Source: Chrysomallon squamiferum
Lineage: Eukaryota > Animalia > Mollusca
Direction of reading: 5' to 3'
Assembly: GCA_012295275.1 (NCBI GenBank)
Contig: CM022679.1
Location: forward strand, 6,572,001-6,636,000
Length of the DNA: 64,000 bases
In this document: one piece after another, positions 39,601 to 52,072 of the stretch
How positions within the stretch are numbered: position 1 is the first letter of the stretch
Layout: every line of letters begins with the position of its first letter
The notes under the pieces: generated by a model
Told to the model about the DNA's origin: nothing
The model's database searches: none
What the model saw: the letters and a program-made list of their open reading frames with translations, nothing else
Position numbers and translations under genes: made by a program

Positions 39601-41560
39601 GTATGTGTGTTTTATATATATGTTTTATATATATACATACATACATACATACATACATATACACACACACACACACACATATATATGTGTGTGTGTGTAT
39701 GTATGTATATATATATATATATGAAGATGGTTGGAGAATATTAATAAACTGTCATGTAAATTACATTAAGAATATGTGATTTCTTGCATCAACAAAAAGA
39801 TTAATAATTTCATCATAAAATATTGTAAAAAATTGGTAACTTCATGTACAAACCTAAAAACATTCTATATAAAATATGAAACTGACCTGTTTGTGGAATA
39901 AGTTTTTTTTAGAATATAGCTAGAACTTGAAAGATATGTCATGCATCAGTAAGAGTTAAACCCTGTGGCATATAAATCAAATTCACTTTTTGCAAATCAA
40001 ACAGATTTCATATAAATAGATATCTCCAAAGGATCACAGAGATAAAGAAAACAATTTCCTTTCTTACCTCTTGCATACTTTTGCTGCACTTTCCCATGGT
40101 GATAAAGATGTAAAGAGTCTGTAACACTGTACTCCTATGTTTGTCCAGCCTGTAAAACAATAAATTTTGTGAAAAATGAAAATTAAAACTGAGTTTTTGG
40201 GGTTGTTTTTTATCCTTATTATCTAAATATATAATAAAAATATTTCCTTATCTTTCGACGTCATAATTCATACTGGGCAATCGTTGTGCATTTATATTTT
40301 TTGTTTATGATATTTAACTGATTCAGACAACGGTATAGCTTTTTGTACAAGAATTATGTTTTTTTTTTGTTTGTGTTTTTTGTGGTTTTTTGACATCTCT
40401 GTCAAGTTCTGAATATTTTACTATCATTTAAGTGGTCTAATTATAAATATTTCTTTTTAAAAAAAAAAAAAAAATAAAAAAAAAAAAACCTCACCTGGTT
40501 GACAATCAACATTTGTTGTCAGAGCATCTGTCTGTAAAAAACAATATAATATGATATAATAGAATGGAATAGAGCCCCACTGGCTAATCCTATATTCGTT
40601 TAATATCAGCATCATAATAACAGCCGTTTTGTTTTGTAAATTCATGAATTCATGACTTATAGAATGACTTCTCTATATTGTAGGTTAATCAGATATTTTA
40701 AATATTTGTTTAAAATTTACTGTTCCAATTAGAAGGCAACCAAATGTTATTGTAGGACAAGTTGATATTGCTACAGTAAGCAACAGGGGGAAGATGGGTA
40801 AAAGGATCCAGAGAATGAAACGAAAACAAAAATTCAAGTTAAAATATTCACTGACACATAAATGATACAGCAATCCATTCATATACAAACATTTATATAT
40901 TTTAATATTCCACACGATTTCGTGTCATTGCTATTAACAACAATAAAAAGAACACATAAATTGAAAATCCTCTGCAAAACTGTACAACATTAAGAACAGT
41001 TAACAAAAATGTAAAAGATCAGGTGTGCTCGGCTTTGAAAAAATAAAATAAAAAAGTTTCTATATTTAAAACATCAGAAATAAAATAAAATAATAATACA
41101 TATATATATCTGCTATTCTGTCCGCTTTCCAACCATCTATTTCTAATTTAATCCCAAAATAACATAGCAGTCATGGTTTGTATGTATGTATATATATATA
41201 TTATACATAAGCTACTAAGATCAAACACAATCCGGAGAAGATACAATAACTAATAAAAAAATTGTATCAGTGACTTAGAAAACTGAAGAGTTTACTTTCA
41301 TCTTTAATTATGTAAAGTTTATTGTTTTTCTGATCAAATGATTAATCAAATATATACATTCTGTTGGTTTTGGGGTGTTTTTTTTGCATAAGGTATTTGT
41401 AAATGCTACGTTTTACTAATGCATAAATTCGAAAACTTTAAAATTCAAATTAAAAGGTTATTGGCTTCAAAATAGTAAATAAAGTATGCAGACGGGTATC
41501 CCACACAGATTAGAAGTAAACTCAGGGCATTTTTTTTTATTTAAAATAAAATTTTTTAAA

Positions 41561-41596
<36 letters not shown>

Positions 41597-44500
41597 AATT
41601 AAAATATATATAAAAAAAATGCGAAGAAAAAAAAAAAAAAAAAAAACTTTCTTTAACGTAATAACAAACAGCGAAATTTGCATTTAAAATTTGTATTTTG
41701 TTGTGTTCCTTTGTGACAGCTTTTTTTCTTTACTGTTTGTTCTCAGGACCAAACTGCATGCAAGAACAAAATTCAAGCGTGACGTTTTCGTCGTGCATCA
41801 CTGACGATAATTACAGGAACAGGGACTTTATAAAAAGCCTTGAATAAAAAAAGAATTTGGGTGGTGAAAGCATCGTGGCGGTTGGCAGCAGTAGGTTGGG
41901 GTGAACATCGTGACTGTTGTTGATGGATAAATCATCCAGTTTCGTTTTTTCTTTCATTTCTTTGTTGTTTTGACGGGTACATACTTTTGTAATGTTTAAC
42001 ACTTGAATGCGTAACATGAAAAGCTAACACAGAGTATTATATTCATCTGAACTAACCTTTAGAATTAGAATCGACGAAGAATGAAGTAACTAAATACAAG
42101 TCTATCGTGACATGACACATGTTTCATTTTGTAGGTTGCTTAAGTATATTCTATAATATTTGCGAGATTTGGAAATCTAATTTATTTTTCCAAGCAAAAT
42201 AATAACAAGAAATCTGAACGATGAACTTAACAACAGACTCATTAGGATTTATGATAATTAACGTATAACAATAGAATGCATCCTACCCTTTTTTCTTGTA
42301 AAGTATCAGTCACACAGCGAAAACAAAAGTGAATTCGCTAAATGCTATTGAGTTAAAGATAATCGTAATTATCTACTGATATACCATCTGTGATTACAAA
42401 ACAGGAGGTTATCATCAAAACAAGACAAAACAAAATAAAAAATAAACAAACAAACAAACAAACAAAGATAAAAAAAATAAAATAAAGAGCAACCCCCGCC
42501 TAAAATAAAAGGGTAATTGGGTTTGTGAACTGTAAGAAAATTATAATACTTTTTACTCATCAGTTTTATTATTTTTAATAATAATTTTTTTTCTTTAAAT
42601 CTAACTAATTATTTTCCCCTGTTAATTTCTTAACATCAGTGATTTACTTTACACGTTCCTTTTTTTCTTTCTTTTTAAATTCGTTTCCTTTTTATACTTT
42701 CACAAGCTATTATTTTGTAGACACGACCTTTTTGATGGTGTTACTCATTTTTCGGACAATAATTGACCTCCAGGCTCCCGAACCTGTGCAAGCAACAACG
42801 TATTGTCCTTCTTCATGACCTTGGTCAATCGTTCACCGAAGAAGAAAAACAATGTCACCGGGTGATGCAGGTGCTTCTCGGGTAACCCATGTTGTTGTTT
42901 TTTTTTTATTGATAATTATTTGATTAACAAGATATGCTGATTTTATTTTAGAATTGAAAACCAACATACTTATAAAACACGCTCTTAATTATCTGGTTCT
43001 GATATGCATGATGGATATTCACCAATAGCTTTTGTAGTAAACTTTAATTTTATGTGTAAAGCAAAATTAAACAAAACGGGACTTATCGGGATTTGTAGCT
43101 CGATAATTATACATTTTGCCTCAGACTTTATGTTCATTGGATTGATCTTTCTTGTGGCCTTCTCTGGAATAATTTCTGTATGAACAGCCTTTTCTTTATA
43201 TCTTTTTTAAATTTTAATAAATGATCTATTTTGCCCATAACTGTTAATATGTTGTCCATTGGCTGGCGAAACCGGGATTCTTCTCTCATGTAATTATTAT
43301 TCACAATGAATGACCGACGCCTGTTAACCATCAATACAGAAGTATTTATTCCTTCGACATTAAACAAAAATACATTATCAATCTATTTGCTAATATACAA
43401 AAAATACTTACCTTGAAAAAAAAAAAAAAAAAAATAAAAAAAAAAAAAATCAGCAAGGTTTTAAATAAAGTCCATTTATTTTTGTATAGTTTAAACAGGT
43501 TTGTTTGTTCATATTAATTATTACTAGATAAGTATTTTTATATTTCAGTATGATGCGACACGAATGCTGTATAATGGCGACTGGTTGTGAAATAAAGATT
43601 AATAAAGTAAATATACATAAGCTGATAATTACATTCGAGAATTCCATAAACATTGTTAAAGGCAACAAAGTAAGATCATTTAAACACATTGGGGAGTTTT
43701 GTAAATGACCACCTCAATAACTTATTTTGAATTCGAATGAAAAATATATTTTGAGTAAAGCGGTCAAAAAGAAAGAAAAACAGACAGAGAGATGGCAGGT
43801 TTGTGGACAGTCATTTCACAATTGCTATGACAACCGTCATTCTCAGATTTATCGTTTTCCCGAATGAATTAAATTTATTCATCCTCCCATAACGTATTAA
43901 AATCAGTACTGGCTAACGATTTCAATCAGTTACTGTAATCCGCGTCAGTAAAAGAGCGCGTTTATATCTGTTACATAACCAGACTGCCGACAACCCAGTC
44001 ACGGCTAAAATTTCATAATAATACCACTGAGTAAGACATTTTAATTGTGATATTTTATGATCACCCATAAAACAATTCAATGAATAATGGCGACTTGGTG
44101 TGTTATTTTTCACAACCGGTAATTTAAGCTCAACCCATGTGGTGGATCGAATCAAAACCAAAAGGTTTATTACTTTCAGGAAAAGGACGATTATTTAGTT
44201 TTTATTCAGTTAAAAGATAGATCTTTTGTGGAACTATTTGCTTCCATAAAGCAGAATATATGTCTTATCAATGACTTTCCGATGGTTAACTAGCACTTTG
44301 TTTTTTATCCTAACAGTTTGCTGCTGATAATCATTTTTATCTCTCTCAAAAAAAAAAAAAAAAAAAAAAAAAAATATTATCCAAAGGTCAAAGTTAGTAG
44401 GCTTTCTTCTTACAATATTCATTGGCTGTCGATATTTTAGATTGTATAATACGATATCAAAGGTGTGGCTAACACCTGACGTTTCTGCTAACCCGTTCTA

Positions 44501-45889
44501 CCGGTTTAGAAATAAAAATAGACGGGATTTCGAGATGTAAATGAATCAACTGATGCGAGAAGCAAAAACACTAGCAGTTTACAATGACTATGTTTTCCTT
44601 ATTTCCTACTCGAAAAAATACTAACAGCTATTTTTGCTTTTTGGTAAGCAGCCACATGTTTACTTGAAAAAAAAAACACACAAAAAAAAAACCGATAAAA
44701 AACCTTTGCCCAGTATTTAACCGTTCGATTCATTAAACTTTGTTAACTAACAGACAAAAGAGAGTCGTGGTTATGGCAGAATGCCTTTACTTATTGTTTA
44801 CAATTTATTAGCCTCTAAGTTATATTACATGATACTCGAAAGAAATTTTTTGTACTCTCTGCAATTACGGTACGATGTCAGGTTTATCAAAATTATGGAA
44901 CTGTTTTTTGTTGTTGTTTTTTTGTGGGGGGTTTCTTTTTTTTTTTTTTTTTTTAGTGTATATATATTATGCCCTGTTCTTGCAGATAAAGGATTAAACT
45001 GAATGATATTTATATATTTATTTTCTAACACTGTACAGAACATTAATTACTCATATATCTTTTGACAGTTAAAAAACTTAAGCTTTGTTTTCCTTTAAGT
45101 AAACAATTCATTCCTTTCCAGACTGGAAATTCTTTCTTATTGTAAAGTTATTGTTAACTAGATCATACAAAATAAGAGGCTTGTCGATCTTTCTAAGGCT
45201 AAGTACTCATGCATGATCAACCAAGCCGAAACTCCAATGCAAAGGCAATACTAAATTGTATAGGACCTTATATATTATTACCATGCGGTTTAAATAACTA
45301 GAAATTATTAGATTTATAAATGTAAGTCCAGTGTCGTGCCTAATTTTCATCACGATATCTTTCAATTTTTCTCCATTTAGATCCTTTTCTTATAATTTTA
45401 GTACGTTTTTCATCCGCTGTCCTGTCCGCTTTCCAACCATCTATTTCTAATTTAATCCCAAAATAACATAGCAAAGTCATAGCTTTGTATATGAGAATCG
45501 ATCTCAGCTTTGCTCAGATGCACAAAAAATTTGTTTGTTCTGTTTTAGGGATAGTATCTTTCTTTGGCAGTATCAAAAGTGAAAATAATTATTCTTTCAT
45601 ATAATTCATCAAAATTAATGCATTTTAAATATCCAGTTAGTGTTCACAATCATTCGAAGTTGGAATTGTGCACATGCTAACACGAACTATATATTTAAAA
45701 AAAATTTTGTTTAAGATTGCTGCAGATACACATATTTGAATCAGCCGTAAAACAGTGAAATTAACTGCTTGCTACATTTATTTCCACAATTTAAAGTAAT
45801 AACAGATTATGTTTTTATAAAGAAATAAAACTTACCGTTTTGATTAGATTAGCTAGCAGAAAAATGACGAACAGATGTAACAAAGTCAT
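12417..45889 (-). CDS. Gene 2: large multidomain type I transmembrane protein (Uninflatable/SVEP1-like; CTL-EGF-PAN-WxxW-EGF-pentraxin-HYR-sushi-Ephrin_rec_like-EGF-TM)
   Basis: Exons: 45836-45889, 40495-40531, 40068-40149, 38997-39091, [gap], 36486-36619, 36028-36237, 35198-35437, 34544-34632, 32781-32968, 32141-32371, 31469-31596, 30690-30889, 30249-30376, 29790-29906, 29249-29386, 28800-28965, 28043-28282, 26450-26748, 26017-26151, 25822-25917, 25231-25434, 24709-24973, 23397-23487, 22846-22942, 21938-22099, 21214-21375, 20846-21004, 20463-20630, (inverted 19639-19812), 19214-19369, 18654-18818, 18119-18283, 17399-17563, 16922-17083, 16552-16668, 16075-16182, 15193-15307, 14588-14772, 14268-14276, 12417-12436. 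Phases are consistent except across the N gap. Confidence 0.9.
15193..15307 (-). CDS. Gene 2 transmembrane exon
   Basis: TIIIAVVTVLALLLFIILIVVCVCVMAR, followed in the next exon by KRHIRK (positive-inside rule). Confidence 0.9.
16922..22099 (-). CDS. Gene 2 array of Ephrin_rec_like (GCC2/GCC3) repeats, one per symmetric phase-1 exon (9 in sense plus 1 inverted)
   Basis: Each 156-174 nt exon encodes C..G.(Y/F/E).....C..C..G.Y......C..C.....T...G.......C. Confidence 0.92.
19639..19812 (+). pseudogene. Inverted Ephrin_rec_like exon of gene 2 lying on the opposite strand
   Basis: The plus strand encodes YCDPGYEKNPETGACEICDRGYFKDNNVDVFSMCTVCSNSSYITAGKGATSESQCTV. It is 174 nt and phase 1-1, with a G|gtgagt donor at 19813 and an upstream pyrimidine tract, but the acceptor reads AA (19637-19638). 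Confidence 0.9.
24597..24639. repeat. (GT)n microsatellite
   Basis: Seen directly in the sequence. Confidence 0.95.
25231..28965 (-). CDS. Gene 2 pentraxin/LamG, HYR and sushi exons
   Basis: LamG/pentraxin: LTISIWVRF, NDGRWNNIIINWDSTTG, LVLG...GFNGWISQLVIYNRVL. HYR: FCPSDV...VTWNEPKF...SGDAFLWGKYLVVYVAENSAGNKGLCSFKIFV. Sushi: CPKPPDPYQG...YTCDRIGSWNP...LPPCG. Confidence 0.87.
27778..27948 (-). pseudogene. Degenerate intronic copy of the 3' end of exon 20846-21004 plus its downstream intron (source about 20714-20886)
   Basis: Colinear similarity, e.g. gtttaatgatgaaaacta, tctgatcaaacactgct, atgctcctgtttcattt. The donor is mutated GT to AT. Confidence 0.85.
29249..32371 (-). CDS. Gene 2 Notch/fibropellin-type EGF repeat array (about 8 EGFs)
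   Basis: Repeated (D/N)(I/V)D.C...PC.NGG.C.D....Y.C.C..G(F/Y/W).G..C across six exons. Confidence 0.9.
32781..36619 (-). CDS. Gene 2 EGF x3, PAN/apple and mucin-type WxxW domain exons
   Basis: EGF: CTTHPCKNGAIC...C.CQAGYTAEDC. PAN: TAKECLNICEGKFDCKAFTFNATSNDCEL. WxxW: FWTPWYN...VECR...TCSVATGLTCNNKDQTDKQCEDYEIRFKC. Confidence 0.87.
33330..33541. repeat. Minisatellite, about 54-bp unit x4
   Basis: Repeating tctact(g)gtta...aatgtat..tatttcataaataatgttattatcacaaacaa. Confidence 0.85.
38372..38571. other. Assembly gap (200 N)
   Basis: Run of N inside gene 2. Confidence 1.
38997..40531 (-). CDS. Gene 2 N-terminal C-type lectin domain (first half)
   Basis: CQPGWTNIGVQCYRLFTSLSPWESAAKVCKSYGSELATV...KFWIG, the classic CTL signature, across three exons. 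Confidence 0.88.
41118..41169 (+). repeat. 52-bp direct repeat, copy 1 (copy 2 at 45422-45473)
   Basis: Identical ctgtccgctttccaaccatctatttctaatttaatcccaaaataacatagca. Confidence 0.9.
45422..45473 (+). repeat. 52-bp direct repeat, copy 2
   Basis: Identical to 41118-41169. Confidence 0.9.
45836..45889 (-). CDS. Gene 2 first coding exon, signal peptide MTLLHLFVIFLLANLIKT
   Basis: ATG plus hydrophobic core, ending ACG|gtaag (phase 0), which matches the phase-0 start of exon 40495-40531 (TDALTTNVDCQPG). Confidence 0.75.
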
Positions 45890-45959
45890 TTCTGATATGT
45901 TTTCTTTTTCAGGATATCAATTTTTAAACTTCACAAGAATTCATTTGAAACTTATAAAT

Positions 45960-46400
45960 CCGTCAAGTCACATGGACAGCAGCCTTTTAACTTTATTTTA
46001 AAGGTAAACGGGTTCGAGAGACACCGCCCGTTTTAATTCCAAGCTCGGACTATCTCCTAACCGTGTGTGAAGCTCCCGAAACAATTCCACGAGACACTCG
46101 GGTACAGTTGACTCTGCTCAACGTTCCTATGGTTCTTCACGGGTGACGTGGTATGAACGAGAGAGGGGATATAGGGTTTCTTCCGAACGGATTTGCGAAG
46201 AGCCCAAAAATTAAGGAGCTTCTGCCAGAAGGTGTATTTTACGACACAGAACAAAGCCAGCTATCTTGGGCGGGTCTTCTGTTTCTGCGGGTGTGTAATC
46301 ACATGGTCGGCATACCATGGTTGAGTGAACAACGGTTCATTTATTATTGTTATTTGAATACGACCTGTAACACTGGGGATGACGTATATAACTGACGCTA
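45960..46400 (-). promoter_or_regulatory. Probable promoter region of gene 2
   Basis: Locally GC/CpG-rich stretch immediately upstream of the ATG exon, with TGACG (CRE half-site) motifs near 46144, 46380 and 46393 and a TTTAAATA TATA-like box near 46000. Confidence 0.35.
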
Positions 46401-47349
46401 AAACTTTTCACCCATATTATATTGTTACGAGATGGTCACGTATGTGAATAATCCACACCCAAAATACTTGGCCAATACATATATGTTAGTAAACAATTGT
46501 CAACAAATACTGTTTGCTAAAACCTACAATTCATTCAAGTACTACAAAAATAATTCTCTTTAATTATCTAAGTTTGCATTTAGCCGATTAACAGTTGTTC
46601 TTTTTGTGAATTATGCGGACTCTGCAGATAGCTTTTCAGACATTACCATTATTCTAGTGTCCGGCTCGTAGTTCAGTCGATTAAATAAGTTTCCGTGTTC
46701 TTGTCATGTCTTCGCACATAAGCCGATGATCATTCACAAACGTATTAACAACCTTTCTTTTTCCTTTTTTTTTTTTTTTTTTTTTGTTTGTTTGTATTGT
46801 AGAACGGTATAACGTCCGTAATTCATTTATAAGCTTTATTCTGTAAGGAATTTTTTATCTCGTTATATTCATAAACCTACTGGCGGTCAGTTATTATTCG
46901 CTATCAATAAACCATTACTCTACTTGGTGTCAGTGTTTTGTGAGATCCGTGCGGCTGCGAAGACTGAAATGTGTGTTCAGTGTGAAAAGTGGAAGATAAC
47001 TGTCCGACTCCCAAATATCTAACCAGTAGGCTATACAAACAGCATTCGCTGGTTTTCTTTAGAGAGCACTCGGTGCTCAAACTTAGAGATAGCCAGGTGT
47101 ATTTGTTTTCTCTTCTTTTTTTCAGTATTATGTAATACTCTGTGATAATATATACGATGTACAAATATTATTATATTATTTTTTCCCATTACGTCTAGGA
47201 CGGAGTGACAAACATTCCACGTTAGAAAGGTTAATGGGATATTTGTGTACACGCCTATAAATATCGACATTTTGTGATTCAGATAGCTGAAGGGAAAGGT
47301 AATATTCACGTCTAACAACAACAACGAATAATAATAAAAAATAATAATC

Positions 47350-47384
<35 letters not shown>

Positions 47385-50158
47385 GAAAGCAGTAAAATAT
47401 TAGTGATTTAGAAATTTTTCTATTTTAAAAATAGTGCATGCGGCAAAGAAATGTAGAGAAACGACCGACGCTTACAAACGAACATATTATATTCTTCTAC
47501 ACAGAGAAATAGACAGGCAGACACAGAGATAGTTGTTTTACCATAAATTAATAGTGGTGTAATAAAGCGAAATACTTATTAATAAAAAGTAAAAGAAAAA
47601 AAAAAAAACCGTAAAACAAACATGAATTCACATCATGATTCTGATAAGCAAACAAAACCGTCCACAAAACTTCATAAGAACATTTGGTTTGTATCGTGTT
47701 AAATTTCGTTAACATACCTAACAATTCTCTCAGGCTATAATTTATGTATTTAATTCCCTGGAGATATAAAATATGTAAAACACATTGCGCAAAAGCATTT
47801 CAGAAACCCAATCCTATGTGACAATCTTTGCTGTCTGTCCCATACAATAACAACACGCAATAAAACACAGGGAGACTATTTAGTTTCAAAGATATCTAAA
47901 AATCTTAGATAACTGGTTGCCAGCAGAAACTGATACGGATGGATAATTATGGAATCTCGAGTACATCGCTATACTGTTGACAGTTCAGTGAATAATATCT
48001 CATAGATCCTCGTACCACAGTAATCAAGAAACATTGTTCCTATTTCTCCTCGAAAATAAGAAAAAAAAAAAAAAAGAGATTTGACTGTTTTTTAAACTTA
48101 CTTTCTTGAAAATTCCTTAGTTCAAACCTTTGACATCAGTCCACATTTTAATTTTTTTTTTTTTTTTTTGAAGGTCCTTTGACTTTTAAGAGTCATGTTA
48201 ATGTTATTCTGTTATTCAGTGGGATCTCTGGGAACGGCTTACTTATATTATATTCCAGTCTTTTGTATGCGGTATACTTTACACTGAACTGAGCGTTTTT
48301 AAACTACCCACCTGATAACACAATTTGAAATTTCTGTGAGAGAACAAAATGTGCATGTGTTGTACGTATATATGGATGGATGTATGCATGTACGCATGTT
48401 TGTATACATGTATATGTGTATGAATGCGTGTGTATATTTATGCAAGCAAATATGTATCTCTTTGTGTATATGTATGTACGTATACATGTGTTTAAATGGG
48501 TATACCCGCTTGTGAGAATGTATGTGTCTATGTGTTTTGTAAACGTATTAAATAAAACGCACATTCACACAGTTTACTTGCTAATTTTCATGTTTACAAA
48601 AATTTATATTCAGTAAATTTTTAGCATTCAGGTTATTATATAATTCAAGGATTTGTAATAATCAATCATTTTTTTTTCTTATTCAGATTACCTCCTTGTT
48701 ATGTGGTGAGAAAGCATAGCTTTCAACAAAAGCCTTATATAATAATTATGTTACAAAGAAACTAAACTATTAACTCTAAGATCATATTCAGAAATTCGTC
48801 TATGACAGACTCTGATCAAGTATAAATTCGAATAAAGTTTTCTAATTGTCTTACGTAAAATGTGTTTCAAGAAGATATAATAGTTAACAAAATTTAGGTA
48901 GTATTCAGTTACTTTCATGCAAGATTATACAAAGAACTGCTTTCAACAAAAGTCTTTTATTAACTTTATATAATATTACAAGTAGCTGTAACAATCAGCT
49001 ATAAAACTTATATCATACTGAGATCTACAACTGAGTTAGACTGTAATAAACCATAACTCTCAAAAGAGCCTTATATTGTTTCATGATTATCTTTTTAGAT
49101 ATTTATTAAGGGAAGAGAAAATAAAAATAGTAAAGAGTCCATGTCGTTTAAAAAAAAAAAAAAAAAAGTTTTTTATATCTGTTCACATCTGCATGTTGTT
49201 GTTTTTATTTTATTTTTTCCCCACACAACTAGCGCAATCCCCCCAAAAATAACAGCATATAAACATAGTCAAATAAATAAATACACAAATCAATAAATAA
49301 ATAAAATAAAGTAAATTAATTCCCCCCCAAGAAATTTATTTAATATTAATAAGTAAATTTAATAATAATAATTTAAAAAACAAATAAATAAATAAAAATA
49401 AATCTATCTAAAAATAGCTAAATTTAAATAAATTGTATAAAAAGACTAGACTAGACTAGACTAGACTAGAATAAACAAATGACCAAACTAAGTAATAAAT
49501 AAATAAATGATAAATTAACTAAACATCAAACAAGACACCTCTATATCTATAGTCGGATCTATAATCAAACCATACTGGCGGTTTTCAGATTTCAGGATTA
49601 CATTTAATAACGAGGGGTGGAGTGGAAAACAATAAAAGACGTAACATTTAGTTAGAGCTGGAAAACGTCGACATTATACCACTATAAATATGACAGATTT
49701 CTCTTTTATTGCGGTTTTAACTTTGAATAAATGAATAATTCGCCAACGCTCTGTATTCAATAGGTTCAGCAATGTGGATACGTTAGAAATTTGACAGTGT
49801 TAATTCGAAGCTATGTACCGCGTCATGAATGGTTTATCCTGAGTGGAATGAGCTTTCACATCTATTGGAAATGTATGGAAAATATTTCGGGATACTAATG
49901 GAACGGAGCTATTAAAATTAAAAATATAAAATTGTCAATTAAAAAATTAATCAGTCATTCATTGCGTAGTGTTCAGTGAATCCTTCTAAAAATATTAACC
50001 CCCCCACACAAAAATATCCACACACCCACCCACACAAATAAAAAAATAAAAAATAAAATAAATACAGACACATATACTAGATCAAGGTTGTCTAATATAC
50101 ACGCTTTTATATAGCATTCCACTCCGTCTTATAAAAATAATAATAAAAATAATAATAA

Positions 50159-50197
<39 letters not shown>

Positions 50198-51631
50198 TAT
50201 TCAAAATAACTAACCAAATAAATAAAGCTCTCCTTCCCCCCCCCCAAAAAAAAAGAACACTAACAAATACACAACAAAACCTCCGTTAAATATATAAACA
50301 TAACAAATTACACTAAAAGAACACAACAAATCCTGTAAAATAGAGTGAATAAAAGACAGAAATAAATTTTAGAATGTCACTATCTTATCGGCTAAACTGA
50401 ATACATCAAATAAAAAACCCCAGTGAAGTTGAGGTGAAAATTAAACTAGTCCTAAGGCATAATTCGTATAAATGCTGATGACCACAGTCATTCAGGGTTC
50501 AGATAACATATATAAATAATATATTGTCTGTTCATTTCACGATTAAGGATTTACAACATGAACTTCAAAAATAATAGGCCTGAAGTCAGACTGTTGAATT
50601 AGATAAAACAATATGTTTATGAAAGGTTGTCTTTAATACACACGCACTGATTTGTTATTCCACTCCGTCTTCGTTATTAAATGCAATGCGTAATAAGGGG
50701 CGGATTCAATATTAAAAAAAAAAAGTTCGAGAGTCATCATTGTGGCTGTCATCATTCAGGAGGAAATTGAGATTTATTATTTAAATAAGAAAGAAATCAT
50801 AATAAAAAGGGCGTGGCATGGGGAACGCACCCCCTTTCGTATCAGCCATCACTTACGTAATAAATGTGAACCTGTTTTGTGTCTGTACAAAGAGCCAGCT
50901 AAAGAAAAAACCCATTTATTTAAATCTTACAGTGTATCTTTGTGTTCTCGGCTCTGAAAACACCCCACCCTGCCCTGAACATAAGAAGCAGATATTGTTA
51001 TTTATTATTACTTATTTATTTATTTTTCATGTTCAAGTAACTGATTTAGAAAAAGGTTTCAGTTTGGCATCTATAGATGGCAGATATTAATAATAATTTT
51101 ATCTTCGTCTTTTCCTGCTGTGTTTAAATATTTATGGCGTTTTGTGAAAAAAATAAAAAATAAAAATTAAAACGATAGACGCATATTCCTATATAAAAAA
51201 GCGTAAATAATTGTATTTCGCAATATGGGCGTCATATGCATTTAGTAGTGAATCATAATTCTATTAAACAATAAAAAAAATTATTTAACTGTTTTATATT
51301 TTTTTCATAAACTTCTATTAAATTATCTAAGATGAAAACAAGGTATTGTACGTAACATTTATTGAGCTCCTTAATAATCTAAGAACAAACTGGGTGAATT
51401 AACAAAGTGAAATATTTCGACGAATATTGTCACACAATAAATATGTAAATTAAATAAATAAATAAATACAAGAAAAATAATATATTTCATCCCTAAAAGT
51501 AAACAGACCATTTCTGAACCAGAAGATTAACTAACTAGAAAGAAATTAAAAAACAAACAAAAACAACAACAAAAAACAAAACAAAACTACAACAAAATTA
51601 ACTAATAATAATCAAAATATACACAAGAAGA

Positions 51632-51688
51632 ACGACGACGACGACGACGACGACAACAACAACAACAGCAATAATAATAATAATAATG

Positions 51689-51737
<49 letters not shown>
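51632..51737. repeat. Compound (GAC)n(AAC)n(AAT)n microsatellite
   Basis: Seen directly; it produces the spurious poly-Y/C/R ORF at 51602-51883. Confidence 0.95.
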
Positions 51738-51739
<2 letters not shown>

Positions 51740-51773
51740 CCCACTGAAAAAAATAGAAGTCGATTCTCTGGAA

Positions 51774-52072
51774 CACTGGTTTTTAACCTTTTTCGTACCG
51801 CGACCCCTTATGACCCCGATGGCCCCCTTTAAAAAAATTTTTGATTCAGTAATATCTAGGGTTACCATATTTTCATCAACCAAAGACTAGAAAAGGAATC
51901 AGTGTTCACTATGACGGATCCCAAACCTATCTACATGTTTTTATTTATTCCTCCTTCCAAGTCAAGTTGAAGAAAGCTAAAACATACCCTCGCTCAAGAA
52001 CGATCTCGCGACCCCCAGAAAAAAGGCTGGTGACCCGACTGGAGATCGTGACCTCGTGGTTGAAAACCTATG
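51774..52072. mobile_element. hAT (Charlie-like) non-autonomous DNA transposon
   Basis: TIRs cactggtttttaacc and ggttgaaaacctatg, subterminal cgcgacccc motifs, 8-bp TSD ctctggaa/ctctagaa. Confidence 0.75.

Noticed and set aside
43134-43367. 77-aa ORF in intron 1 of gene 2 as a nested gene or transposase
   Set aside because: No recognisable motif and no consistent exon chain.
46658-46700. tRNA/SINE A-box-like sequences here and near 59910
   Set aside because: No B-box or cloverleaf structure could be supported.
50085-50670. Short degenerate direct repeats (aaggttgtct...ttccactccgtctt) at about 50085 and 50623
   Set aside because: Short and diverged; probably fragments of a dispersed repeat with no interpretable structure.
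51602-51883. ORFs with poly-Y/C/R, poly-F, HT or CV repeats across the window
   Set aside because: They are translations of microsatellites and poly-A/T tracts.
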